Assembly (NCBI GenBank): GCA_951406725.2
Contig: OX597821.1
Span: 102,114,001-102,178,000, forward strand
Reading direction: 5' to 3'
DNA: 64,000 nucleotides
Source of the DNA: Octopus vulgaris
Lineage: Eukaryota
Positions 1 through 14,298 of this stretch are shown here, in pieces. Within the stretch, counting starts at the first letter, position 1, and each line of letters starts with the position of its first letter. Under the pieces are notes generated by a model, which saw only the letters and a list, made by a program, of their open reading frames with translations, ran no database searches and had not been told where the DNA came from. A program made the position numbers and the translations under genes.

Positions 1-25
1 TTTTAAAATTTCAAATATGTATAAT

Positions 26-151
26 ATTCAGCTGTAGAAACACTGCCAGATCAGACTGGGCCTGGTGCTGCCTCCTGGCTTCCCAGACCCTGGTCGAACC
101 GTCCAACCCATGCTAGCATGGAAAGTGGACGTTAAACGATGATGATGATGG
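26..151 (+). mobile_element. 3' part of SINE-like retroposon family A with (GAT)n tail
   Basis: cagctgtagaaac...ccgtccaacccatgctagcatggaaagtggacgttaaacgatgatgatg; the same tail recurs many times in both orientations. Confidence 0.8.
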
Positions 152-591
152 TGAATTTTTACGATTCTTTGGGTTTATTCTTTCTCATCATTATAACAAT
201 TTTTTTCTTCAAATCTTTGCATTCTTGTGTATCCAACATTTTCAGATATAATTTACATCTATGTATATTACTGAATATAAATTTGGTGGAATTAGAAATG
301 GAGATCAAATTGTCCTGTTAGATTATTATGAGTTTTTCTGGCTGATACTATCCTTTCTTTCACTTGAATAGTGCTCTTTTCTTAAAACAAAATTTTCATA
401 TAATTTTCTTAATTTTTCACAAATAAATTACAAAGTCTCTTTTTTCAAAATAGCAATGTCTTGTCAAGTTTTTAATATAAATTACTTTGTACAAGTATCA
501 TTGCAGATTATTATATCCTATATTCTCTATGAAAAATTGTTTAAAAGATGAATTTTTAAATCATGAATATTGTTGCCTATATTCTGTGGTG

Positions 592-595
592 CATG

Positions 596-641
<46 letters not shown>

Positions 642-809
642 CAGGAGCGGCTTTCTTGCCCGGATTGGCCTCACCAGCCACCTCCGGTCTCATAGCAGCA
701 ATTCCACCAAATGATGTCAATGGTCATCTTCGAACCCGAAGGACGAACATTATTATTATACATTATGTATGTATGTGTGTGTGTGCCTGCCTCTCTATCT
801 CTCTCTCTT

Positions 810-882
<73 letters not shown>

Positions 883-912
883 GCACACATACATACATAC
901 ATACATACACAC
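592..912. repeat. compound microsatellite (TA)n/(TG)n/(CT)n/(CATA)n surrounding the RTE fragment
   Basis: Directly visible dinucleotide and tetranucleotide runs. Confidence 0.95.
637..760 (+). mobile_element. 5'-truncated RTE (BovB-like) LINE 3' end
   Basis: Encodes CRSGFLARIGLTSHLRSH*, the typical RTE ORF C-terminal His motif, followed by ggtcatcttcgaacccgaaggacgaac and an (ATT)n tail. Confidence 0.75.
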
Positions 913-1089
913 ATCTTAATCATTTTATAATTTATTTGTTATCAAATCTGCTATTTTAATTATTATTCTTGGGTTAATTAATTAGTATTGACTTGAATTT
1001 TATTTAATATTTGGTTAATTTTATTCCACCAAGATTTTTATAAGAATTTTGTTCATACATTTTATATACTCTCATTGTTATGCAATTTT

Positions 1090-2305
1090 ATGACATTTAA
1101 ATTCACTATTACAGGGTTTTTCCCCGCAAATTTTCCTTTTTTGACCTTAGTCTTGTCAATGTCAACATATCATCATTAGTATCATTTCATTATTAGTTTT
1201 GATTACATTGTCATTATCAACTTTAATGTTGTTGTCATCATCTTAAATGTTTTCTCTGAGGGATGGTCCATTTATTTTCATGTACAAACATTGATATCAG
1301 TGATTTCTTATCACATAATTGTAATGTAAACATTAAAAAGTTTTATGATGGATTACAAGGTTTGTGTAATAAAAATTACCACACCTTATATTATCAAAAA
1401 TATGCAATACAGTTAGTACATTAGATGTATGTAAAACTACATAGTATATACATATACGCAATACAACAAAGACAAAAATAAATAACTGTTTATGTGTTAT
1501 TCCCATTTAACTCTCATAAATCCAGCACAATCATCTTTGGTAATCAAGGTCAGCCTTGTGCTAGTCAGTATAATTTATATACATAGATATATTGACTCTA
1601 AGCTGAGACCAAAGTTGTGGTTGATTTAATAGTTAAGAAATGGGAATAATGAATATAAGGTTAATTCATTTTGGTCTTTTGTGTTGTATGTATGTATATT
1701 ACATATCATTATCATCATTTAACGTCTGCTTTCCATGCTAGCATGGTTTGGACAGTTTGACAGAAGCTGGCCAGGCAGGAACCTGCACCAAACTTCTGTG
1801 TCTGTTTTGGGAGGGTTTTTATGGCTTGTTGCCCTTCTTAACAGAGTGGACTAACTGCTTTTTATGTGGCACAAGCACAGGCAAGGTCAGTTTTGGCAAG
1901 GTTTTTACAGCTGGATGCCCTCCCAAACACCAACCATTTTACAATGTGGACTGGATGTTTTTTTATGTAGCATCAGCACATTTGTATTGAACATATGTAT
2001 ATTTACAGTAATGTAAGCTGTGGCAATTTTTATGATGCAAACCTTGTAATCCTTCAAAAAACATTTTTAATGTTTATATGTTTTTTGTAATTCTGTGACA
2101 ATGTCGGTACATATAAAAAAAAAATACTCACCTCCCTCCTACCTAAAGTGATGACATTTAAGCTGATGATAAAATCAAAACAGACAATGTAATGAAAATT
2201 GAGGTTGATGATGATGATGAATTTGAGATTGACATTGTAAAGATTGAGGATGATGATGACAGATTTGAGTGAGGGAAATCCTGTAAAATTATGTTTAAAA
2301 ATCCA
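1090..2305. repeat. old palindromic/foldback element with long imperfect inverted arms; SINE inserted in the right arm
   Basis: Reverse complement of 1325-1390 (taaggtgtggtaatttttattacacaaaccttgtaatccatcataaaactttttaatgtttac) matches 2014-2077 (taagctgtggcaatttttatgatgcaaaccttgtaatccttcaaaaaacatttttaatgtttat). Further matches run symmetrically in towards ~1575. Confidence 0.75.
1706..1985 (-). mobile_element. family A SINE copy
   Basis: atcatcatttaacgtctgctttccatgctagcatgg...acagctggatgccctccc. Confidence 0.75.
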
Positions 2306-3584
2306 TACGTTTCTAATATTTTTCAGAAATTTAAAGCTGTTTTACTAACGAACTTCACTTTCCTATCTCAAATGAACCTATAACACATTGGTACTAAACT
2401 TAATGTTAATATTTTTTCTCACAAAGCATTTCTGACCTTCTGCCTATGTAAGGAACAGTTATAAAAACACAGCAGTTTTTATTAGTTTAAAGTGTAATCA
2501 GTTGTTTCTGTTTAAGACTGATTGGCTGTTCTTTTTATGAGTTAATGATTTATCAAGACTAGCATGGTAGTTCAAAAGCTGTCAAATATGTGTGTATAAG
2601 TGACTGAAATTTGTATTGAAATATGCCCAAGAAACATATTTTTGTTTCTTATTTTCAACCCCCCACCCCTCTATATTATTTCTATATTGATAAAGTAATT
2701 TCTTGAAATATTGAATTTCATTGAATTTGCTGTGTAGCTCCAGGTTAGTTTTGAGAGTGTAAATCTATAGTGTGTAATTAGTCAGCCAAAAGACTAGGCC
2801 TAGAATTAGGTTTGACTGCTATGGCGAGCTGGTTGAAAGATTGCATAAAGGCTCCAGCATTGGCTTGATTTTATTGAAGTTGGTGTTAGGTGCATTCGTC
2901 ATTATAAAGCTTGTTCAGAAAGTATATAAATTTCATCTTTGATAACAAGACAGCTCATTAACAAATCCACTGCTGATTGTTAGTTTATTTGTAAAATTTG
3001 AAATTATGATAGTTATAATGTCCCAAGAAAGGTTTCACCAGTATTTATGGAAAGCACAAACTTTAATATATTTGACAATAATAATTTCATGATATTCTGT
3101 TAAAAAGTACTGTTAGAGTGATTACATAAAATAATCTGCAAAACAATATTTTTCCTATGTCTGAATTGAATAAAATTCATTCTGCAGAGTTTTCTGATTG
3201 TTAGATTGTGTAAAAAAGAAGTTTGGCTTCAGTGGATTCCTTTAGCAGTGTCTGCACTTTTGAGGGCATTTGGGTCAGATATTTGGTAATAGTTTGGTTA
3301 AAGATTGTGATAATTATCTCTAAGCTTTTTCTTATGTAGTATATTGTCTGTCTGCTATTTTCTGCTGACTTAAAGTATCAATTTCTACATTAAGAATTTT
3401 TAAATAATTAAAATCTTTTACAGTTTGTAATTTTGAATTCTTTTTAGATAGCCTATTTTGTAAACTTGGTTGTATTTGTAGATTTCATTCACTTCAATGT
3501 GTATAATTATTTTTGTGGTCACCAGATAATAAATTGCTTGTATTATCTTATCAAAGATTGGGCAGAGGCTAAAGTTTATACTTT

Positions 3585-3725
3585 AGGCATGGCTGTGAGA
3601 TTAGGAATTTTACGTTGCAATTATGTGATTCTGTGATTGATTCCAGTATACAGCAATATTGGCAAATGACTTCTATAGCCTTGGGTCAAAGTTTTTTCAA
3701 GTGAAATTTGGCAGCTGGAAACTGG
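3585..3725 (+). mobile_element. decayed tRNA-head SINE (family B)
   Basis: ggcatggctgtgagattagg...atagccttgggtcaaag...gtgaaatttggcagctggaaact, matching other family B copies. Confidence 0.55.
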
Positions 3726-6410
3726 AAGAGTGTCAGAAAGACTGTTCTTATTTTTTGAGGTGAGAGACTCAATCTATTGATTGGTTTAACACTACCAAGT
3801 GATCTTCGGATGCTTTTAGCAGAGTCCACTCCTTTGCAAGCATACGGGTCAGATATTTAGTCTAACTTAACTTAAGTCATCTTAGCCCTGAAAAATGTAA
3901 TGAGTACGTATTATCTTCCTGCCTAAGCTTTTAAAAAATACATTTCTTATTGTTGTGGTTATATAATGTGTTAGATATGACAATAGCAAATTTTTTTTCA
4001 AACTTTATTATAAGAATTTAGTTTAAAGTATGAAAATATAATTACATATTCTAAGTAACATTCATATGTTGGTGAAATTTATTGATAAAGTTTTAAAAAC
4101 TTATATCTTTGTGAAGGCTGAACGTGGTGGAGATTTAATAAAGGAATTTAAATTAAATGCAGTTTACAAAAGTAATTGGTACCAAGAATATCTGACTAAA
4201 ATGCTTTGTTTTGACTGAACCCAAAACTCCCTTTAATTTAATATTAGCATATTGATGAACCAGTCCTTTCAGTCTTACCTTAGCTTGCTTTAAACACTAA
4301 TGCTGTCCCATATAGTTTCTTTACATAGAATAATACATATTTTGTGTTAATGTTAGCACAAAATGATTGGTAGATATCTCTACATGTTATTTTAATTTTT
4401 TTGTTTTAATATATTTTTTTCAAACTTGTATCAATTTTATATGATTTGATAAAGTTTATTCTTGAAAATTTGTTAAACAGCTGATAAAGGTTAAATATAA
4501 ATCCTTTTTTACTTTCCTTTTTTTGTTTTTTGTATATAAACAGCTTCATTTACTTAGTGAAGTAGAAAATGTTGTTAATGTGTTGTAGCTTACAAACATA
4601 AAATCTAACCAAATTATTTTCTTAAAACATGCATGTGACTTCAGGTTTAATAATGTTAACAGATTAAATAGAATCTACAAATGTATTCTTTTGATTTTTG
4701 TTTTTTGTTTTAGTGCATATTACCATTTGAAAAAAAGCTAATCCATTTTTTAAAATTAGTCCAAAGGATACCAGTATACAAGACTTAAAACATTAAAAAA
4801 AAAAACCCCTGCTTAGTTAAAAAAACAAACAAACAAACAATGAAATGGAATTGTCATTTAATGTCCATGTTCTATGCTGGCATGAGTTGGATGTTTTGAC
4901 AAGATCTGATCAGTCCAAGGACTGTATCATGCTTCACTGTCTCTTTTGGCAGTTCTTGTTGCTTGATGACCTTCCTAACTTTACATGTACATAATTGTTA
5001 TATTTGATCAGTTCTTTAGTCTGCAAAATACACATTCGTCATTAAGTTCATTAACTGGAATTATCAAAGTTGCATATTAAATTGAACTCTAAACTTCATG
5101 CTATAATATTTTCAATAATAGGCAACTATAGAGAGAGGGAGAAAATAGTTTTAATTTATTGGTATATGTGTATCAATTTCTGTATTGGATAAGTGTTTCA
5201 GAATTGTGATAAAATGTGTATGCTAAATTATCCAAATTGAAAGTATGGGTTTGCTGTTTTGTAGTACTTTCCTGCTATTTCATCTTTGCAATAAGTTGTT
5301 TACTTAATTAGTCCTTGTATCCATTGATTTGTTCTTCAAATACCAATCATTAAATAGACTCCTTTCAACATCTAAAACAAAATGTTAAGTACTCATTAGA
5401 AAATAGACATATATGAACACTCAAACTTGAAAATGTGTTATTTTAAATTAAAATAATTTGACTAGTTATCTATTGTATCAAAATAGTTGAGTATTTACTC
5501 TAGAGTTTAACTTCATGTGTTAGTTACAAATCTCAGTTGTCAAATGAAATTTGGCCCTGTTAGTAAAAAGTTATATTAATACTGGTTAGTAACAATTTTT
5601 ATTAACTAACACTAGTTTTTTTCTGTAGAGTTAATCATGTAAACCTTAGAAGCTTTTTTCAGTGTTACCACTGTGACATATATAAAAATCTGTTTTGAGA
5701 ATTAAGCGATAATTGACACAAGCAACACATGTGAACAACATCCCACTACTTCCTTTAGCTGTGGGTCCTGATTCTGGTGTCAGAAATCTAAGATGGTTAA
5801 TTGCAAAATAATGAGCTGAACACTTCAAACTAAATAGTGATAGTTGAAAAAATTCTACAGCAGTGGCAAGAAAATGAGTTTATTACATTCATGTATTAAC
5901 CCAAATTATTGGTGAACTAAAGCAGTTGTTACCAATCAGAGCAAGTTTGTCACTTATATAATTGGAAGTTACTATTGTAGTATCATGTTTATATTTTGTA
6001 TATGAGAATAAAATTCAAGATAATTTGGTATCAATCGAATGGTTGGATGATATGATGTAACTTTAGCTATGATGACAAAATATTATGAATAAGTATCAAA
6101 ATTGAAGTCAGATTTGTCAATCAAACAGAAGTTAAACATTTAGAAATCTAAAAAAGAAAGAAAAAAAAGGTAGAAGCAAGAGTTCTATTCTGTGGCTAGC
6201 ATAGGAATAAATCAAAATGCATGTGTAAGCATGAGTGATCTCACTCACACACACACACTGGAAGCTGTATATTATAATCATGGATAATGTTATCAAAATT
6301 AGTGGGCACCAAACATGTGCATATCCTCTGCTTAATGGTATTATTGATTTATTATCTAAGTGGCTCCATGCCAGAGTAGTCACAGGGTATGTGTGTATAT
6401 ATATATACAT

Positions 6411-6442
<32 letters not shown>

Positions 6443-6464
6443 GCTTCTGTGTGTCTGATATATC

Positions 6465-7130
6465 TACCTGACCTTCAGTATGATGATGATGAGCTTACAC
6501 AGCTCATCAACTGAATGGTGCACAACAGGACTTCTTAACATCCATTGTAGATGCTGTTTCTAAGATTGGCCTGTTTCTCAATGTACATATCATCAAGGAG
6601 GACAAAAGTTCCTTGACAATTTATTGTAACAGTGGCACATAGCGCAAGAAGGTTAGTGACTTCAAGTACCTTGGGTCCTGTGTTGGTGGCTAGCAGAAAG
6701 ACTTTCTGAAATGAAAGAGGCAAGCCAGGAGTGCTAGTAACAAGCTTCACATTTAGCAGTCTTGTTTCAAAGTAAACAAGGCTGGCCTCCTTTAGGATGT
6801 GTGTAGATAATATTCTGTATAGAGCTAAAACCTAGACTATGGAGAACCCTTGATGTCTCAAAATATCTCATGGTGTAAGTATAAAATGAAAGAGGAGATA
6901 TTTAAGTTTATATTTCATCTCAATGCGGAGTATATCTTGTTAGCTACTGCTATTGTGCTGAATACCAGGCCATATTGGATGTTACATCTTGGCAACTTCT
7001 TGCATACAAGTAGAGGTCAAGGTTTGCTCAACCACATTAATGATATCGGCAGAGAAACATATGAAATTGAGGCTTGTCAAAGTTGATGGGAAACAGATTT
7101 CTGGTCCAGCTTGGTGAAACCTGTTGTGGT
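6465..7130 (+). mobile_element. decayed non-LTR retrotransposon (RTE-like) reverse transcriptase fragment
   Basis: Frameshifted motifs DLQYDDD (YADD-like), KIGLFLN, VSDFKYLGS and LYRAKT*T (LYGAETWT-like). Confidence 0.65.
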
Positions 7131-7249
7131 TGTATCTGTTTGAAGATTATAGGCTTGTATATATGGCATTCATGTTTGTTTACATACTTGAGGAATATTT
7201 GAGTTTACAGGTTCATTAGGACAGTTTAACTTGGTTTTGTGCTATTTAA

Positions 7250-7445
7250 GTAACTGAGAATACAAGATTTCTCACTGGATAGTATGCCAGTCCATCACAG
7301 AGTTAACTCCTGCTGAAAGCTGAAAACATGCACCAGCAGAGTAGATTAGAGCTAAGTGAAATGAAGTTCCTTGCTCAAGGCTACAATGGATCATCTGATC
7401 AGGGAATCAAAACCACAACCTAATCATCTTAAGTTGAACACTTAA
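7250..7445 (-). mobile_element. decayed SINE with CORE/V-like central motif
   Basis: gaaatgaagttccttgctcaaggctacaa followed by gggaatcaaaacc, a reverse B-box-like motif. Confidence 0.45.
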
Positions 7446-7514
7446 GTCCAATCACAAATTATTAAGTCCCCACCCCCAGCCATGCATGCACTTGCGCAAT
7501 TTTATGTTTGTTCA

Positions 7515-8380
7515 CTTTACATCCATTTTTCCATACTGGTATAGGTTAGACAGACTTGTTTGAGGAAGTATTTTTGGACTGGCTGCCTCTCCTGCCACAA
7601 AATCTCAAGCTGTTTTTCAAGTAATATTTTTTTAGTCTACTGGCTTTTAAAAGTACAGACTAACAAAGTTATGGGATGTATTAGTTACAGGAACTAGACG
7701 TCCTTGTCCTTTTCTCAGCTAGTGTCATGTGAAGTTGGAGAATATCAACATCCGCACATGCACACACACATGATGAGCTTTCATACTGTTTTTGTCTACC
7801 ATTTCAACAAACCATTGGTTGGCCAAAGCTGTAGGAAAGGACACTTGTCCAAGGTACTATGTGGTGAGATAGAATTCAAAGCCATGCAGTCACAAAGCAA
7901 CCTCTGTATCCATACAATCATGCCTGCATTGGTATATGGGTATATTTGTGTCCATTTTCCTCTGTGTGTGTGTGTGTATTGTATGATTATATTGATGTAT
8001 GTTGGTGTGGTTAAGAATTTTGCTTCACATCATTTATAATTTCATGTTTTTTCACACTGTCTGGCACTGGGCAACTAGCTTCTATTATAGCTTTAGGGAT
8101 CCCTTAGTGTATATGTGTTCTGTAAGTAATGTCACTGTGTAGACAGTATCATTGTTTACACCTGCTGCAAAAATATCCCTAGCTGTGTATTCATTGTAGT
8201 AATTTTACCATTTAGGCAGTGTCTTTGTTGATATCTTCCTAGCTGTCAAATGGGTTGTTCAAAAGACTTAGGGGAAAAAGTACTTTTTGTGGAAACAGTT
8301 GACAAGAAGGGCCTCCTGATGTAGGAAATCTGTCTTAAGTTCCTATGCCAGCATGGGAAAAGTAGACATTAAAACGATAC
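7515..8380. mobile_element. two decayed composite SINEs (family B head + family A-like tail) head to head: ~7515-7930 (-) and ~8000-8380 (+)
   Basis: Shared head (gtgtggttaagaattttgctt / gacacttgtccaagg) and tail (catgggaaaagtagacattaaaacgat) motifs. Confidence 0.5.
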
Positions 8381-11300
8381 ACACCTACCTGGGCAGTTTT
8401 AACTGAACATAGTACGTGCTATATTATTTATGCAAAGTTGATATTACTTTTCTTAATCAGGTGATGCGTTATAACAGTACAGTTGCTATGAAAGAATGTA
8501 TTCACAAAGTTGTATGAGTATAAAGCATCACTGAGTTAATAAAATATTCATAATTTTATGTATACTTTCCTTGCTAAGTACAGGTTGGATGGATCATTCT
8601 GATCAGAATAATTATTTGGAGTTGCCTTTCTAAAAAACATTGGCTAATGATGATTCAATCAAAACCTTCCAGTTTTTGCATGGTTTCTACATTTGGTTGT
8701 TCTTTCTAACACCACCCACTACAAGGCATCCTAATTACATCTTATTGTAGCATCAGTATTAAAGAGAGTAATATCTTTTGGATAGACTAAAGAGTCTTCT
8801 CAGTACTGTCTTGTCCGCACGCAGGCAAATAGATTTAGTTCAGATGATGATAGTAAACCACAGTAAGAAACAATATTGTGTTACAGAGAAGGGATACTGG
8901 GTGTTTGTCTTACTCATTTTCTCTGGTGAAGCAAGATGTAAGATCTAGCAATGTTGTAAGAAGACAACGAACAGCAAAGATATAGTGCATATGATGAAAG
9001 CTTGTGAAACATTGCAAATGTAAAAACATTAAAGCTGGCACTTGTAATGGAAGATGGGAGATACATATATTTGGGTTTCTTGTTCTCTTTTCACTTGGTT
9101 ATCTCTCTCTATGCTCCAGCATAAATAAAGTTGGCACAGACTCCTCTTCTCTGAACTTCACTCTGTTTCTACTATCATATGTTTGTCCCTTTCATTTGTC
9201 CATCCCCTCTTCTGTCATCAAATTCTCTTTTATTCGTCTTTGTCTGGGCCATTGAGGACACGATCACACAGAATAGTGATAAATCTTCAGTTTTTAGACA
9301 ACCTTGTGAGCACTTAAGTCTTAATAAAATAATGCTCACTACACTCTGTAAAGTAGCAGGCAAATGAGCAGACAATGTGGAGTTGAGATGACTCTTCAGT
9401 CTTATCGAGGACATGGCAACAGTGTACTGAAATGCAGCCAGTACATTCTGTAAAGTGGTTGGTGATAGGAATGGTGTACAGCTATAGAAAACAAGCTAAA
9501 TATGAAATGTTTGGCTGAGACATGGTCTTACAAACTATCTAAATGAGTAGTAACTTCTAAAAAGAATAAATATGATGACCCATCTAACTCATGCTAGCAT
9601 GGAAAAAATGGTTAGAATTAATCATGCATTAGACTGGCATCCCAAAGAGAGATTTGGAGATATTCTTGTCCTCTGAGCTGCTTATACATCTCAGCTGGTG
9701 TAAGATCTGAGTCTGCATGATATTTTTTATGTATCAGCATGGAAAGCGGATGTTAAATGATGATATATACATACATGTCTGTGCGTATGTGTGTGTGTAC
9801 AGATGTATGTGCATTTATGTGTATACAGTCTTTTCATGTCAAGTACATAGCAACCTCTTTATTGCTTGTACCACAATAAATGCATCCTGTACATTCTGAT
9901 TAGTGATACAATCAAAAGTGAAACATATGACCTATGAAAGTACTTACTCTCTGTAAATATTGAGAGCAAGCATAGAAAACAAATAAGATTGAGATGTATA
10001 TGCACATGTATGTATCTGAGGATGTTTGTGAATGTATATATGTATATACGTTTATATGTATATCAGCATATGTATGTGTATATACTTATATTGCATGTCA
10101 GCATATGTATGTGTGTATATAGAGAAGTAGGAGAGATCAGTCAGATGAATGGGATATGGAAAACCACAAACAAGGATACTAATATTCTCTCATCAACTGT
10201 TGAATGAACTTAAGGTGGTTTTAGCACATTAACAACAGGACCACACTAGCTTCAGAGAGAGAGAGAGAAATTGAGAGAAGGAAAGAAAGAAAAAGAAAAT
10301 AAGAGCGGACAAAGAAAGCAAGAGAGTGCATATAAGCTACAATGTTAAGTGATGAAATCTGCATTGCATTAGAAAGAAATAAAGCATAGAGAATGTAAAA
10401 TGAGTAGGAAAAATCAAATGAGGATACAGCTTTCCCCTTATCAGCTGTTGAATGAAATTCTGTGGTTTCAACATATTAACAATGATACTGTTAACTACAG
10501 TGTGCCAATAGTTTTAGAAAAGTTTAGTAAATGTACGTATGTGTATGTATGCATGTATGTATATGTATGTTTGTGTATTTTCAGAATATGTGATTCTGTT
10601 TTTCAGAGAAGGTGTCCTGTGTGCCTGCATTCAACTTTAAAATGCTGTCTCAATAAGTTCAATCAAACCTATACCATGCTATGTAGACAACAGATGTACA
10701 AGTGATGGTGATGTGTATGAAAGAAATAAGCTGTAGTGAATAGATATATGATCTATATAAAATGTGACAGCTGTGTAAAGGTGTGTAAATTGATGCAAAA
10801 AGAGGGAACTTTCAGAATAGGAAGACATTTGAAATGGTAGAGGCTAATCTTGGGATTTTGAACCTCACAAAGTATGTGACAAAGGATTGCATCATGTGAC
10901 ATTATCAAATTCCCATCTGACTCATGTATGGGAAAATGGATGTAAAACAATAGTGATTCTTTTGTGCATGCATGTGTACACACATGCATATAGGGACCAC
11001 AATAACAGTCTGTTCTGAATCATGTTAGTAAAATTAGTGTATACCCAGATATATCCATAATGCATAGTAACTGACAACCTACAGCAAAACCAAAGTAAGG
11101 AAGGGAAGCAAATGAACTTATGTCACTCAAATTGTTTGATTTTTGTGTTTTCTTCATTATTTTGATATTAAATCTTTAGTGACTGTTCTGTTACATTTTG
11201 AAATTGCTCCAACATTTGAAGTGACTTTAATTAGAATTGAGATGTGTCTCATAGTAATGGTATAATTGTCTTTGATGTATATTGAATAGTTCTGAAAAAG

Positions 11301-14146
11301 TGTGTAATGAATGAACCTAAAGACCCAGACCTTGGCTTTGGTTTAGATTTAGTCTATTTTTCAGTTTAATACTGTCATCCTGCCCTTGCGTGCCTTTAAC
11401 AATCCACTCTGTTGCAAATATTCAGACCATAGATTTCCATTTTCAAGATAGCTTATGGATTCCGGTTTATTCTATGTCCTTCAATCACTTTTGAAAATGT
11501 AGTAATGCCACAGATACTGATAAAGCCTCAATAAAATATAAAATGTCAGTTAATTCTGAAAATTTTTTATTTCAAAATAACTTCTGAAGGAACATGTTCA
11601 AAACTTTTCATTAAAAAAAATGATGAAGGAACTCTTTTGAAATTTTCAAATAAATAAATATTAAAAAAAATGCTCTGTAGAACTTTACTCCTAGTTCTTA
11701 AGAATAGATTTGGTTAGCTGTAATGAGGTTGCAAACATCAAAAGTTTTGTTTGGATTTGTACATAGATGAGCATTGTTGATCTTTATTCAATTCTTGGAA
11801 ATAGTTTCCCACCACCTCCTTACTACATTACCCCTTATCTAAATGAAAATGCATGAGTATCTTTACACCTAAATGCTCTTTACATTAGTAAATTCCAAGT
11901 AATTGTAAATTTATAAATTAAATCAGTTTTCATATTAGATGTGCATTTTTATTGGGCACAGTTTGTTTCAGCATGTTATGTGTTTATTGTTTACTATTTT
12001 TTTTTTTAGTTATTTCATTGCATTAATTCTGTAAGGTTATCAATAGGAACCTTTTAATTTAGCCCCTTATCATTATCGTCATCGTTTAACGTCCACCTTA
12101 TTTGTGTAATGGATTACTGATAGTTTGGAATAAATTCAGTTCTTTATGTTAGATCTTATTGAGACAGTTTATTATTTAATTCACCGGTCAAAATTCTTGT
12201 CCAGATTTTTTAAAAGGTTATTTGATATTTTGAAATTGATAATGAATAGTTATTAAAGTGGTTTTGATGACTGGAGGGAAAAAATTTCTCAACATCTAAA
12301 TTGTAGCCAATTAGAATATCTTTCTTTACTCAATGAAGAAGGGGAAAATAGATTTTATTCCACGTCAGTAAACAAAAATGACTTTTTTTTTTTATCATAC
12401 TTCAAATATTTACTGACATAAAAGTATTACTGATAAGTTTGATAAACATCTATAATAGAGGATATTAAATATGAAGTTTATTTTCTACTTTAGGATAAGT
12501 AATTTTAAATGCTTTAGTGAGTTGAGATTGTACAATTAATCCCTTGTCATACTTTATATGTAAAGTGTTTTCATTCTCATTAGTGGATTACTTCTGTACA
12601 TGGTCCTTGACTGAGTTTGAATTTGGAACTTTTTTTTCCTGAACTAATTTTTTTTTTAATTAAAGAAATGTCTTTAGTTTAGAATTAAGTCACTAGTTCA
12701 AATCAAGTCTGGTACTATACTGGAGACCAAAACCGGATGAAATACTGTGTAGATTAATGTCCATAAAATTCTAAAATTAAATGATTTTTTTTGTTTTTGT
12801 AATTATTTGAAATGAAATTGGATGATAATTTAAATCTCACTTTTAAAGTGAATATTATTGTAATTCATAAATTTTGAAATGTGTCTAGAGAATTGACTTC
12901 ATCAACATTAATGCTAGTTGGTAAAATCCAAGTCATCCTCTTCATTATCATTAGTGTCATTTTATAATAATTTTTCTTTGTATGGATTAGATGAGTATCC
13001 TATCATCTTGCTCCTGGTTGTGGCCCTTCGTCATCTCATATCAGCCATCTATGTTATTGTTTGTCATGTTTTAAATAGTAATTAATGTTTTGGTGATAAT
13101 TATGCTGTTTGTGTTAATGTCTTTAGCACAGCTGTGGGTGAAAAGTAAATTATTCAAAAACTTTACCAATATTTTGACTAGATTTTAAAATATTTATGTG
13201 AAGATGGCTACAAACACATTTTAAATTTTATATATCACTCATTAAAATGAGAAATATATAAATTTGAACTCAATAAGTTTATTGAAATCTGATTTTCTTA
13301 TTTGATGTGAAATTAAAAACTTAAATTTGAATAAATAGCCAGTATTAAATACACACACAAACAAAATGTTACTAATCTTTTTGAGAATTTTCTTATATCA
13401 TATTTCTAATAAATACTGTGTTGCATTTATTTACTAAACTAACTAGAATTTGGAAGGATTTAGTTAGATAAGCTGTTGGTTGAAGCATAACAAAAAATTC
13501 TTAAATAAAATTATGATGATTAGTTTAAAGTTGAATACTTAAAAGTGTTGGTATATAAAAAAAAATGGTTAAATTGTATTTTATTTCATAATTGGGTGAA
13601 CTTTTTTTCATTTGAATAAGAATTCATTATTCTATTTTATTTTAGAAACTCCAGCATGGCCTTAGGCACAGTGGCTAAAATGAATTGAAGAGCTATGTAA
13701 ATTCAGTTATGTTTTATGTTTATCTTCAAGTTTGAAATGCATATGATATCTTGTTAATGTAAACATGAGATCTTGGGAAATGTTGGTTTCAATTAATGGG
13801 AAGATTTAATTTTTAATTTTCAGTTTTCATTTCTAAATTCTAAAATCCCATTTTCTTTTAAGCATTTAGTAATTTCACCTCCTTAATTAACATTTGATTT
13901 TCAGGTATTTAAACTTAATAATAATTAAAAAATGAATGTTAATGTTTCCATCTCTTTCTCACTTTTTGATTCATTCACTAATTTTTCATTATTTTTCTGT
14001 TTTTTAAATCTCTCCCACAAGAAACATTTATTGTCATTGAATATAAATATAACCTAATATGTCTAATCTTTCTTTGCAGTTATATCTTGAATTCTATTTA
14101 GTTTACACAATGTAATGTAATCTTCATGTATTTTCTCTTCTATTAG

Positions 14147-14298
14147 GCTCCACTGACTCACCTACATCAGATAGGAGACTCAACCATTATTCATATACCA
14201 GTAACAATAAAAATAGCAGTAATCACCAAAATCATGATAAAAATCATAAAAATGATAAGGATATTAAAGAACAGAAAGAAAAAGACCATAAAGCAGAG
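14147..14298 (+). CDS. WAC: WAC internal coding exon A (low-complexity S/N/K/H/D-rich region upstream of the WW domain)
   Basis: Pyrimidine tract + ttag acceptor and gag|gtaaat donor. 152 nt, phase 1 to 0. Translates xSTDSPTSDRRLNHYSYTSNNKNSSNHQNHDKNHKNDKDIKEQKEKDHKAE and joins the WW exon in frame. Confidence 0.8.

Noticed and set aside
487-959. ORFs rich in YI/SL/HT/ER dipeptides (also 6132-6471, 29485-29994, 47560-47766)
   Set aside because: Translations of microsatellites.
2162-2272. Acidic mini-ORF ADDKIKTDNVMKIEVDDDDEFEIDIVKIEDDDDRFE* as an exon
   Set aside because: Lies in the arm of the decayed palindrome, is GAT-repeat driven and has a weak acceptor; cannot be tied to a gene.
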